NCBI GenBank assembly: GCA_031416315.1
Contig: JANOTL010000035.1
Location: forward strand, 25,579 to 89,578
From: Pseudomonadota bacterium
Lineage (GTDB): Bacteria; Bdellovibrionota_B; Oligoflexia; Oligoflexales; CAIYRB01
DNA: 64,000 nucleotides
Reading direction: 5' to 3'
Part shown: positions 52,661-61,482 of the stretch, one piece after another
Position numbering within the stretch: position 1 is the first letter of the stretch
Layout of the letters: each line of letters starts with the position of its first letter
Position numbers and translations under genes: made by a program
Notes under the pieces: model-generated
Database searches by the model: none
What the model saw: only the letters and a program-made list of their open reading frames with translations
Told to the model about the DNA's origin: nothing

Positions 52661-53991
52661 GCGGCCTTGCGCTCCCAGTAGTAGAGGATTTCGTCGTCGA
52701 GGTCCTTGATCTTGCGCTCGTCGTCCAAGCGCAGCGCCTTGAAGCCGGATTGCCCCGCGAGCATGCGGTAGACGGGCGCATCGACGACCAGCCGGTCGGC
52801 GTCGCCGTGGAGGTCGCGGATCAGCAAGCCGGCCGATTTCAGGCGCGCGGCGCGGCCAGGGACCTCGCCGAGGCCGGTCGTCTTTTTGTGGCCTTCGGGG
52901 CCCATGACGCCGACGAGCACCTCGCCGCCGGAGATGCCGACGTCGATCTGCGCGATGGCGCAGCTCCGTCCCGCTCGCTCGCGGAGCAGGCGGCGGGCGA
53001 AGAGGACGGCGTCGGAGTACGACTGTGCCTCGCTGCGGCGGTCCGGCTCGAAGACGAAAATGAACATTTCGTCAACCATGAGGTCGCAGTAGTAGGCGCC
53101 GCCCTTGATGCACTCGCTGAGGAGCTTGTCGGCAACGTCGTAATAGTCGGCGAGAACGTTCGCGAGCTTCGTTGGCGGCATCGTGAGCGCCAAGCGATCG
53201 TAGTTGCGCCATTGCACCGAGATGCACACGCAGTTTCGACGCTCGGGCTTGAAGCGTTCCTCGATCTCGTGCTCATGGCCGACGGCGGCGGCGACGATGT
53301 GCGCGGGCGCGAGCATGATGCGGCACTTGAACTCCATGTGTGCCGAGCGGAGCGTCCAGATCATCACGGTCTTTTGGAAAAGCACCGCGCAGGAAATCGC
53401 CATGAGATAGATCAAGGTGAGCGCCGGCGAATAGGGCAGACCCCATACGGCCAAAGTCATCGAGAGCCACTGGAAGACGCCGAACGCGATCGGAAAGAGG
53501 CCGTGATACGGTGAAAACAGCGTGAAGATGATGTGCATCGCCAGAACCACCGAGATCGACTTCAGGATGATGATCCCAGATGACTGGCAAGCCATGGCGA
53601 TGATGAACGAATAGTAGGCGGCGTTGATGCCGCCGATGATTGCGCAATAGAGCGGGCGGTCAAAGCGGCGTCCCGACTTCGGCACGAGAAAGCCTAGGGG
53701 AATCAAGACGAGCTGCACGACGTGGAACCAGAACAGGAAGGGCTTCGTCACCGGCTCCGCGACGAATGGGTCGAGGAAGAAGCTGAAAAAGTGGAAGCCG
53801 ATGCCCGTCGCCAGTGCCCAGCCGCAGAGCTCGACGCCGTAGAACTTGATCGAGGCCAGACAATACGCTCGCTCCGGCGCCGACAACTTCTGGAGGTCGA
53901 AGCTGAAGAGCGCGTTGGCGGTCTGACGTATGCGGACCATAAGTTGCATCCGGGATCTCCCGAATACTCTTCGGTATTTCCCCGTTCGCAC
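52657..53991 (-). CDS. Multi-TM protein with divergent class III nucleotide cyclase domain (copy B; start uncertain)
   Basis: About 6 TM helices; CISVQWRNYD, CDLMVDEMF, IDVGISGG, GEVPGRAARLKS; ATGA overlap with copy A. Confidence 0.75.
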   Translation of the reverse strand: MRTGKYRRVFGRSRMQLMVRIRQTANALFSFDLQKLSAPERAYCLASIKFYGVELCGWALATGIGFHFFSFFLDPFVAEPVTKPFLFWFHVVQLVLIPLGFLVPKSGRRFDRPLYCAIIGGINAAYYSFIIAMACQSSGIIILKSISVVLAMHIIFTLFSPYHGLFPIAFGVFQWLSMTLAVWGLPYSPALTLIYLMAISCAVLFQKTVMIWTLRSAHMEFKCRIMLAPAHIVAAAVGHEHEIEERFKPERRNCVCISVQWRNYDRLALTMPPTKLANVLADYYDVADKLLSECIKGGAYYCDLMVDEMFIFVFEPDRRSEAQSYSDAVLFARRLLRERAGRSCAIAQIDVGISGGEVLVGVMGPEGHKKTTGLGEVPGRAARLKSAGLLIRDLHGDADRLVVDAPVYRMLAGQSGFKALRLDDERKIKDLDDEILYYWERKAA

Positions 53992-54338
53992 TCAATCGAT
54001 TGACGGCTCCGCCCGGGCTCGCGGGGCGGAATGATTCGGTGAACGATCGATTTTCAACGAAAGGGCAAGCAGCGGCGGTCGACGAATCTCAGCGGAAGGA
54101 GCTTTCGACGTGCCATTCGCGCCGGGAATCGCTCTTCGAAGCGGGCGCGATGACCTGATTGAAGAACTCTGTGCCGCGCGCGTCGGCCAGCGTGTCATTT
54201 TTTGAGGTCTTTGAGAAGCGGGCGAACGGCGTCGTCGTCCACGGCGACCTTCTCGGTAGCGGGGAATTTCGAGCTTAGGTTTTGGACAGCTTCAACCTGG
54301 GACGGAATCTGCCGATCAGACGCTTTGGGGGAACCACG

Positions 54339-55358
54339 ATGCGCGCATATTCTCGGCTTCTGTGCACGGTCCTTTTGTTTAGTGCCGCGGCGGTCGCGTG
54401 GGCCTGCGCGCCAGGCGAGGAGAGGAGCGGAACGAACGCAGCGGCGCCACGCGCGCCGGCGGTCGACCCGAACGCGGCGACCACGCCGGGGATGGCGTCC
54501 CCGACCGCGCCTTCTGCGCCTGACGCGCCGACTCCGAATTCGACGACGGCAGGCGATGCCGCGGGAACGACCGGGGTTCCGATGCCGCCCCCGGGACCGA
54601 GCGATCCGGCCGGCGCGACGGCTGCGCCGACGACGGGTGACGGCGAGACGGTCGCGGGCACGACAGGGACGACCACGACGACGACGACGACGACGACGAC
54701 GGGTAACGGCACGACGTCCGGTCCGAACCCGGTGTCGCCTGCGCCGTCGACCGAGATCACGGTCGTGGGCCAGATCGCCTTCGCTGACGAAACGGGTGTT
54801 GTAGACCCCGGTTTGCTCGCCAACGCCGAGGTCTTTCTCAAGGGGTTTCCTGATAAGTTGGTCCAGACGGACGCGACCGGAGCGTTCGAGTTGATCGTCG
54901 ATGTAAGCGGGATGGGGCTCCTCGACGGCGACGCCTTCACGGTTTTCCTGTGGAAGACAATCGGCAGCCGCGGCGACGTCGGCTTCAAACGACTCGGCGC
55001 GGCGAAGTCGATCACCGCCAGCATTGGCGAGACGGTCGATCTGCAGACGGTCGAGCTGACCTTCACGCGCGACCTTCGCATGTCGTTCCAGAGCTCGGTC
55101 GGCGATGCCGCATTGGGAGAGGCCGAGCACTGCAAATTCGACGTAGAAGGAATCGGCAGCGTGCTGCCGTCGCGTTTCGTCGGCGGTATCGGCAAGTACG
55201 TCGTCGACTACCTGCCAGCTGGCACCTACCACGTCGTCGCTTCCTGCGACGATCACGCGCCGTTAGAAGCGGACGTGCCGGTGGCCGCCGCGACTCGCCT
55301 GGACGAATGGACCGGATACCCGAGCTTGGGCAGTCCAGTGGTTCTGACGCACCTCTAA
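54339..55358 (+). CDS. Lipoprotein with Pro/Thr-rich linker and Ig/carboxypeptidase-regulatory-like domains
   Basis: Lipobox-like AWAC; 11-Thr run; TDATGAF and YLPAGTYHV motifs. Confidence 0.75.
   Translation: MRAYSRLLCTVLLFSAAAVAWACAPGEERSGTNAAAPRAPAVDPNAATTPGMASPTAPSAPDAPTPNSTTAGDAAGTTGVPMPPPGPSDPAGATAAPTTGDGETVAGTTGTTTTTTTTTTTGNGTTSGPNPVSPAPSTEITVVGQIAFADETGVVDPGLLANAEVFLKGFPDKLVQTDATGAFELIVDVSGMGLLDGDAFTVFLWKTIGSRGDVGFKRLGAAKSITASIGETVDLQTVELTFTRDLRMSFQSSVGDAALGEAEHCKFDVEGIGSVLPSRFVGGIGKYVVDYLPAGTYHVVASCDDHAPLEADVPVAAATRLDEWTGYPSLGSPVVLTHL
54675..54701 (+). repeat. (ACG)9 trinucleotide microsatellite encoding poly-Thr
   Basis: Nine perfect ACG units in frame. Confidence 0.9.
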
Positions 55359-55462
55359 CCGGCCGAATTCACGCATTTCATTATGGTGGCCAAACCCGCC
55401 GCCCCGCGTTATCGTCTCACGATCCAAATCAGAGACCCCATTTTCGATTGGGAGCGTGAGTC

Positions 55463-55651
55463 ATGACTGAAGTCCTCGTCGTCGCCAGCAAAGTGAAGAA
55501 ATTGATCAAGGACAAAGGCGGCATGAACACCTCGGGCGCCGTCATGGAAGCCCTGACGAAAGTCGTCGAGCGCGAGTGCCAGAAGGCGATCGAGCGCGCC
55601 AACGCCGACAAGCGCAAAACCGTTATGGACCGCGATTTCGAGGCCCAGTGA
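55463..55651 (+). CDS. Bacterial histone-fold protein (Bd0055/HBb-like)
   Basis: MTEVLVVASKVKKLIKDKGGMNTSGAVMEALTKVVERECQKAIERANADKRKTVMDRDF; histone RKTVxxxD clamp; closely resembles Bdellovibrio Bd0055 as recalled. Confidence 0.92.
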   Translation: MTEVLVVASKVKKLIKDKGGMNTSGAVMEALTKVVERECQKAIERANADKRKTVMDRDFEAQ

Positions 55652-56328
55652 GCTTCCTTCGCTTTCTCGTTCTCGCCCTGGCCGCGGCGGCCTGTACGCC
55701 CTCGGCGAGCGATTCGAGCAGCGCCGAGCTCCCGTCGAGCGACGAGCTCGCGGGGAGCCGCATGAAGCGGGCGCGGCGGGCAAGCTTCGCGCTCGCGAAC
55801 GTGTCTGCGATCCAGGGCGCCTTGTTCCAGGCGGCGATGGGCGGCGAGATCGTCGACCGCGCCACCGAGCTCGGCAAGAGCCTCGCCGGCGCGGAGGGCA
55901 AGGCCGTCGAAGAGCCCGAGGCCAAGAAGCTCGCCGACGAAGCGTTGGAGGAGCCCTTGCTCGGGAGCCTCGCGACCGTCGATGCCTTCAAGAGCGTGAA
56001 GGGCGACAAACGCGTCGAGCTCGCCCGTCTATACAACCACAAGGTTCTGCAGCGCGGGGTCAAGCTCGACGAGCAGCGGCCAAAGGCGCTGGGGATGGCG
56101 CCTCTGACGCGTAAGCTCAAAGCGAAGGAGCTCGAGCGTTACGTTCTGTTGCTTTCGGTGCCGGGTCCCAAGCAGAAAGACGTGAAGGCTTTGCAGAAGA
56201 GCTTCTCCGAGCTGGCGAAGTGGCTTGAGGAGGTCAGCGAGCGCGCCAAGGATGATTCGGAGCTGGCGAAGGCGATGGAGGCCCTGGGGCCCCCACCCGG
56301 CCTGCCGTCCCCGCCCGCGCCGAAGTGA
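55648..56328 (+). CDS. Helical lipoprotein, hypothetical
   Basis: GTGA overlap with histone stop; lipobox AAAC. Confidence 0.7.
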   Translation: MSFLRFLVLALAAAACTPSASDSSSAELPSSDELAGSRMKRARRASFALANVSAIQGALFQAAMGGEIVDRATELGKSLAGAEGKAVEEPEAKKLADEALEEPLLGSLATVDAFKSVKGDKRVELARLYNHKVLQRGVKLDEQRPKALGMAPLTRKLKAKELERYVLLLSVPGPKQKDVKALQKSFSELAKWLEEVSERAKDDSELAKAMEALGPPPGLPSPPAPK

Positions 56329-56386
56329 TTTTCGTAATGCTTCCGGAGTGGTACCATCCTGGGAAGCCTTTTCCCCAGGACCGTGC

Positions 56387-57931
56387 GTGAGCCGTTTTCG
56401 CGTCCAAAATCCGGCGCGCCTCATCCAGGCCGATCTGCGCTCGTTGGCGCTGTTTCGAATCGCGCTCGGGGTCTTGATCCTCTTCGATCTCGGCGATCGA
56501 ATGACGGAGCTCTCGACCTGGCACGCCGATGCGGGCATCTTGCCGCGCGGCGCCTTGATCGATAAATGGTGGAACGTCTGGCACTTCTCGGTCCATCTCA
56601 TGAGCGGGCTCGCAGTGTGGCAGGAGTTCCTGTTCGCCGTTGCGGCCGTGTTTGCGTTGATGATGATCTTCGGCTTCAAGACACGGATCGCAGTCTGGGC
56701 CAGCTGGTTCCTGCAGGTCTCGGTTCAAGCGCGAAATCCTATGATCCTCCAGGCGGGCGACGTGCTCTTCCGCCTGCTTTTGCTTTGGGGCGCGTTCCTA
56801 CCGCTCGGTGCCCGTTGGTCGTTCGACGCGGTGTTCTCGATCCGGACACGCGAGTTCGCTAACCGCTACGTCTCGGCCGCGACGATTGCGCTTCTTTTGC
56901 AGATCGGCTTCGTCTATTGGTTCACCGTCTTCCAGAAGACCGGGAAAGAATGGGTGCCCGAGGGCACCGCCGTCTATTATGCGCTCAACATCGACATCCT
57001 CGCGACGCGCGCCGGGATCTGGTTCCGGCAATTCTCGACGCTGATGAAGTGGGCGTCGTGGGGGACGTGGTACGCCGAGGCGATCGTGCCCTGTCTCTTG
57101 TTCGTGCCGTTCCTCTTCACCTGGCAATTCCGCATCTTCGGCGTGCTCGCTCTGATCGGGATGCATGCCAGCTTCGGGCTCTTCCTCGAGCTCGGCAACT
57201 TCCCGTGGATCGACCTCGTGTCTTTGGCGCCTTTCGTGCCGACCGAGGTGTGGGATTGGCTTGAGGTGAAGGGCAAGACCTGGGAGACGAAAACGGTTTG
57301 GCGGTGGTGCGAGCGGAAGAGCGCGTGGCTCCGGCGCGTCGTGTACGAGCTGGCGCTCGCCGCCTGGAGGATGCTACCCGCGCCAATGCGAGATGCGCGG
57401 CTCGAGATCGAGCCTTTGGCGATCACGCAGGGCTTAGTCCTGTTTCTGTTTTGGATCTCCTTCCTGTGGAATCTTTCGTCCCTTCCGGTGCCGCCGACCG
57501 ACGTCCCAGCGCAGTTTCGCTGGGTCGGGCACGTGTTTCGACTCGATCAGCAGTGGGCGATGTTCTCGCCTTACCCGATGAAGGACGACGGCTGGTACGT
57601 CATCGAAGGCACCGTCCGCGACAAAAAGACACAGTACATCGACGTTCTCATGCAGCGTTGGGGGCGGTCCAACTTCGACAAGCCAGAGCTCGGCTCCAAA
57701 GTTTGGGCCAACCAGCGCTGGCGCAAGTACATCATGAACATTTGGATCTCGAGCAACGCGGATCACCGGCTGTATTACGCGCGGTGGCTGTGCAGGCAGT
57801 GGAACGACCGCAGGCCTAAAAGCGAGCATCTGGACGAGTTCAACATCTACTACATGCGCGAGACGACGACTTCGAAGGGGAGCTCGGCGCCGGAGCGGAT
57901 CGCGATCTGGCATCACTTCTGCTTCAAGTGA
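56387..57931 (+). CDS. HTTM-domain membrane protein
   Basis: DLRSLALFRIALG, RNPMILQAGDVLFRLLLLWGAFLPLGARWSFD, GTAVYYAL, LDQQWAMFSP, RWRKY. Confidence 0.88.
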   Translation: MSRFRVQNPARLIQADLRSLALFRIALGVLILFDLGDRMTELSTWHADAGILPRGALIDKWWNVWHFSVHLMSGLAVWQEFLFAVAAVFALMMIFGFKTRIAVWASWFLQVSVQARNPMILQAGDVLFRLLLLWGAFLPLGARWSFDAVFSIRTREFANRYVSAATIALLLQIGFVYWFTVFQKTGKEWVPEGTAVYYALNIDILATRAGIWFRQFSTLMKWASWGTWYAEAIVPCLLFVPFLFTWQFRIFGVLALIGMHASFGLFLELGNFPWIDLVSLAPFVPTEVWDWLEVKGKTWETKTVWRWCERKSAWLRRVVYELALAAWRMLPAPMRDARLEIEPLAITQGLVLFLFWISFLWNLSSLPVPPTDVPAQFRWVGHVFRLDQQWAMFSPYPMKDDGWYVIEGTVRDKKTQYIDVLMQRWGRSNFDKPELGSKVWANQRWRKYIMNIWISSNADHRLYYARWLCRQWNDRRPKSEHLDEFNIYYMRETTTSKGSSAPERIAIWHHFCFK

Positions 57932-57953
57932 AGCGGGGGAGGGCCCGCCGCAC

Positions 57954-59012
57954 CTACGACTTGGTTTCGCGCGAACTTGGCCTTGCGTCCGGAAAGCTCC
58001 TTCGCGTCATCATGCGGTGGTGCGCGCTGCAAAGAAGCCGGGCGTTGTCCAACGTATTGGCTCCACCCAACGAGCCCGGGTGGACATGATCGTATTCACC
58101 AAAGAATCTTTCCAGACACCGTCTACCGTTGCGAGCGATATACGTGCACTGGCCGCCGGATAGCGCGTGGGCCGTGTCCTTTACCGCGATCGGAAAGCGC
58201 TTTGATCGCGCGCGCGCCTTAGGCTTTGCGTGGCGAGTGTGCGCTTGCGGGTTTGGTCCCGGCGCGAGCGCGACGCCTTCCGCAACTGCGGAGCGCTTCG
58301 CGGAGCGCTGGTCGCGGCGCTTCTCCCTGCGCTCATTGCGCCGCATCGGATCACGCTTGTCGAGGAAGGCGTCGAGTGCCATCTCGATGATCGCGTCGAG
58401 GCCTTGCCCGCGCGTGAGCTCGCGGGCGCGCTGGAGCTTTTTGAGCGTCGCCTCGCTTGCGCTGAAGTGTACACGTTGCTTCGCGGGAAGGACGTCGCGC
58501 TTAGGATTGGCTGCTTCCTCGGCCCCCGTCGCGCCGTCGGCGCCGGGTAGCGCGCCCCCGTTCGGTTCCGCGCGGAACTCGGACGCAAAATGCGAAGGCT
58601 CCGGCGACTCGGGCGGCGGCACCACATCCCGCGTCGCCTTTCCGGGTCGTGATGCGCGTTGTTGCGCCTCCTGAAAAGTCATCCCATCGGCCTTGGCCAA
58701 GATCTCCGGTCGATCCGCCAACACCGCGACTACGCAGAGACTCACACGCCCGTCGCGGATTCGAGCCAAGAGTCCTTGATCGGCCGCGACGGCTTTCGCC
58801 GCCCTGCTCCACCGCCAAGCCATCGACTTGGAAAAACCCAATTCTCCGACGCTATATGCGAAGACACTCGCGAACCCCTCCGTCAGATACACCTCGCGGA
58901 TCAGGACTTCGGCGAGCAGGGCGACTCCGTCCGCCGTCCCTTCTCTGACGTAAGATACTTTCTGTTTCAGCGCCTGCTGCAGCTCGTCATCGTTGAGTTG
59001 TTTGATGTTCAT
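57954..59012 (-). CDS. HNH endonuclease with N-terminal helical (DUF222-like) region
   Basis: RBS GAGGAG; CTY...GRRC...EYDHVHPGSLGGANTLDNARLLCSAHH; N-terminal GFASVFAYSVGELGFS. Confidence 0.8.
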   Translation of the reverse strand: MNIKQLNDDELQQALKQKVSYVREGTADGVALLAEVLIREVYLTEGFASVFAYSVGELGFSKSMAWRWSRAAKAVAADQGLLARIRDGRVSLCVVAVLADRPEILAKADGMTFQEAQQRASRPGKATRDVVPPPESPEPSHFASEFRAEPNGGALPGADGATGAEEAANPKRDVLPAKQRVHFSASEATLKKLQRARELTRGQGLDAIIEMALDAFLDKRDPMRRNERREKRRDQRSAKRSAVAEGVALAPGPNPQAHTRHAKPKARARSKRFPIAVKDTAHALSGGQCTYIARNGRRCLERFFGEYDHVHPGSLGGANTLDNARLLCSAHHRMMTRRSFPDARPSSRETKS

Positions 59013-59273
59013 TGCATTCTCCTCCTCGTTTTTTGCGAGGAGCGTCTTGTACACCCGATTTTTTTTGCCACCCCAGCGACATCTTCGGTCCGTGTCGAGA
59101 TGTCCGTCGCCCGCCGAAGCGCTCATACGGCGGGCAGAGGTTTCGCGCGAAACCAGATTTGATTTGCAGACACTTACCATAACCAATCGGCGTCGAGCGC
59201 TCGCGAATACCGCCAAACCCCGCGCGAAGCAACGCGGAGGAGGTTCCGACTCAGGAAGCGCGTAATCGCAATG

Positions 59274-59747
59274 CTACGTCAGCATCCGAATCAGCCCATC
59301 CGCATGGGGAAATACGCGCGCGAGCTCGTCGCGCTCGGCCATCTCGAAGTCCCCGAACTCGAAGCCCGGCGCGACGGTGCAGCCGACGAGGCAGTAGGCG
59401 CTGCCGCTGGCGGGGTAGGCGCCGAACCAGTTGCCGGCGGGGACGACATGCTGCAACGTCTCGCCGCGGGTTAAGCCGGGGCCGATGCGAGTCTCGTGGA
59501 CGCGGCCTTGGGGGTCGATCTCAACCACGACCAGCGGACCGCCGCCGTAGAAATGCCAGACCTCGTCGGAGCTTAGTCGATGCAGGCGCGAGCGATGGCC
59601 GCGCGGGAGCAGAAAATAGATCGCGGTCGAGGCGCTACGGCCGTCGTTCCCGGCTGCGGCGCGATAAGTCTCGCGGAAGAACCCACCCTCCGGGTGAGGC
59701 GCGAGTTGCAGGGTCTCGATCAAATCGTCCACGGCCGGCGTCATCAT
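59274..59747 (-). CDS. Cupin_5 (DUF985) family protein
   Basis: LAPHPEGGFFRETY, STAIYFLL, HRLSSDEVWHFYGG, LVGCTVAPGFEFGDF. Confidence 0.92.
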   Translation of the reverse strand: MMTPAVDDLIETLQLAPHPEGGFFRETYRAAAGNDGRSASTAIYFLLPRGHRSRLHRLSSDEVWHFYGGGPLVVVEIDPQGRVHETRIGPGLTRGETLQHVVPAGNWFGAYPASGSAYCLVGCTVAPGFEFGDFEMAERDELARVFPHADGLIRMLT

Positions 59748-60928
59748 GCGAGCTCTTCCGTCATCTCGCGCCAGCGCTTTACGGCTAGAAACGCGGTCGC
59801 TTTCTCCACGCGCGAAGCGAGGGCCTCGCGATCGCCCTTGTAGGTCGCGTAGGGCGAAGGGCAGTCGACGTGAGTCTTGCGACCGCCGGCGCTCACGGTT
59901 AAGCGATAGGCTCCATCATCCGAAGGGAGAGGCACGATCGCGAAGCTCATGGTGCGTGCGACGGTCGCACTTGCGACTGGGTCCTGAGTCGAAGGCGAGC
60001 CGCGGGTCGTCAGCGTCACACGCGTTGATAGACGAGCCGTGCGCAACGCAGGACCGAGTAGCTCGGCCAGCTGACCGTGCGTAAACTCGTCGTCGATCGT
60101 GACAGCTTCGGGACGCGTCGCGAGCATGGCGACGAAAGCCGTGACGTGATCGTCGCGATCGACCTCGTAAAGCCACGGCGTCAGCACGGCCTCGAGCCGG
60201 GCGCATACGTCGGCGAGCTTGTCGCGCTCGCTTTCGAGAAAGCGCAGTTTCGTCTCGACGTACGGCGGATGCGCGCGATAAGCGACCTCGACGCCGGAGG
60301 CTTTAACGCCCAAGACGACCCGCTCCACGATCTCGGCCAAGTGCGACTCGCCGCGGCCGATGGTGCGCCACATTCTCCAGACGAGGCGCTCGCTCGCGGG
60401 AATCGCGTCGCGCAACGCCGGCTCGACGTGCGCACGCCAGACGGCCTCGACCTCGCGGGGCGGACCGGGCAGGATCCAAAGCGTCACCGCGTCCAAATCG
60501 AGCGCGAACGCATTGGCGGTGCCAGCGGTGTTCTCGAGGACGCGCGCGCCGCGCGGGAAATAGCATTGTTGGCGGTTGGTCTCGGGGACGCCGCCGCCGA
60601 GCTTCTCAAAGAAGGCGACGATACGAGCCCAGGAGGGCTCGTGGAAAAGAAGCTCTCGGCCGCCGCTCCACTTCGCGACGGCGTCGCGCGTCAGGTCGTC
60701 GCTCGTGGGGCCGAGGCCGCCGGTGACGAAGACGTGGCGCGTATCGCGCGCCGCGGCTTCGAGGCTCCAAACGATCTCGGCCTCGACGTCGTCGACGGTG
60801 AGATGTCTTTGGACTCCGATGCCGAGAGCGGATAACTCTGCCGAGATCCAAGCGGCGTTCCGGTTGGTGATCTGGCCGGAGAGGAGCTCCGAGCCGACGG
60901 CGACAATGGCGGCGGAAGGGTGATTCAT
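59744..60928 (-). CDS. cinA: CinA-like competence/damage-inducible protein (MocF domain; degenerate C-terminal domain)
   Basis: VGSELLSGQITNRN, TGGLGPTSDDLT, NTAGTA, LPGPPRE, GRGES. Confidence 0.85.
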   Translation of the reverse strand: MNHPSAAIVAVGSELLSGQITNRNAAWISAELSALGIGVQRHLTVDDVEAEIVWSLEAAARDTRHVFVTGGLGPTSDDLTRDAVAKWSGGRELLFHEPSWARIVAFFEKLGGGVPETNRQQCYFPRGARVLENTAGTANAFALDLDAVTLWILPGPPREVEAVWRAHVEPALRDAIPASERLVWRMWRTIGRGESHLAEIVERVVLGVKASGVEVAYRAHPPYVETKLRFLESERDKLADVCARLEAVLTPWLYEVDRDDHVTAFVAMLATRPEAVTIDDEFTHGQLAELLGPALRTARLSTRVTLTTRGSPSTQDPVASATVARTMSFAIVPLPSDDGAYRLTVSAGGRKTHVDCPSPYATYKGDREALASRVEKATAFLAVKRWREMTEELA

Positions 60929-60984
60929 GATCGCCAGACTCTACAAAAACCAGGGGCAAAACGGTACCACTCCGGCCGGTGCGC

Positions 60985-61013
60985 TTGACTTTGCCGGGGC
61001 CGGCGATTTAACT
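60985..61013 (+). promoter_or_regulatory. Candidate sigma-70 promoter for thioesterase-hmgA
   Basis: TTGACT-N17-TTAACT. Confidence 0.4.
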
Positions 61014-61059
61014 CAGCCAGACGCCAAGGATTTTCTCGGGATACCGCCCAGGAGTGACA

Positions 61060-61482
61060 ATGCAGCCGGCGCGCCGCCCCATCGTGTTCGAGACGCGCCA
61101 TCGCTGCCGATTCCGCGAGATGGACGTTCATGGCCACATGAACATGACCCACTACGTTACTTACTACGCGGACCACCGCTTCGAAGGCATGCGGACTTAC
61201 GTCGACCTCGGCTACGAGCAGCTCGACGCGCTGGAGATCGCCTTCCACATCCGCCAGTTCGAGGTCGAGTATCTGAAGCCCTTGGTCGCCGATCAAGAGA
61301 TCGTCATCCGCTCCTTCATCGGCGACATGGGGCGGGCGCAGTGCACCGTCGAGTTCGAAATGCTGGACGCCCTGACCATGACCACCGTCTCGACCGCGAG
61401 AATGCGCGTCGCTTGCATCATCAAAGCAACGGGCCGACTGGGCGGCTGGCCCGCAGGACTGATGGAGCGTTTTTATACATGA
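61060..61482 (+). CDS. Hot-dog fold acyl-CoA thioesterase (4HBT-like)
   Basis: RFREMDVHGHMNMTHY, EVEYLKPL. Confidence 0.85.
   Translation: MQPARRPIVFETRHRCRFREMDVHGHMNMTHYVTYYADHRFEGMRTYVDLGYEQLDALEIAFHIRQFEVEYLKPLVADQEIVIRSFIGDMGRAQCTVEFEMLDALTMTTVSTARMRVACIIKATGRLGGWPAGLMERFYT

Noticed and set aside
51368..53991. Pycsar anti-phage system
   Set aside because: The cyclases here are polytopic membrane proteins with no adjacent cNMP effector (nearest is about 26 kb away) and no defence-island context
53992..54338. 350-bp intergenic region as possible ncRNA or small gene
   Set aside because: Only weak hairpins and no convincing ORF; consistent with divergent promoters
60927..61478. 184-aa N-terminal extension of HmgA in the ORF track
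   Set aside because: It overlaps the thioesterase in another frame; HmgA homology begins at ATG 61479
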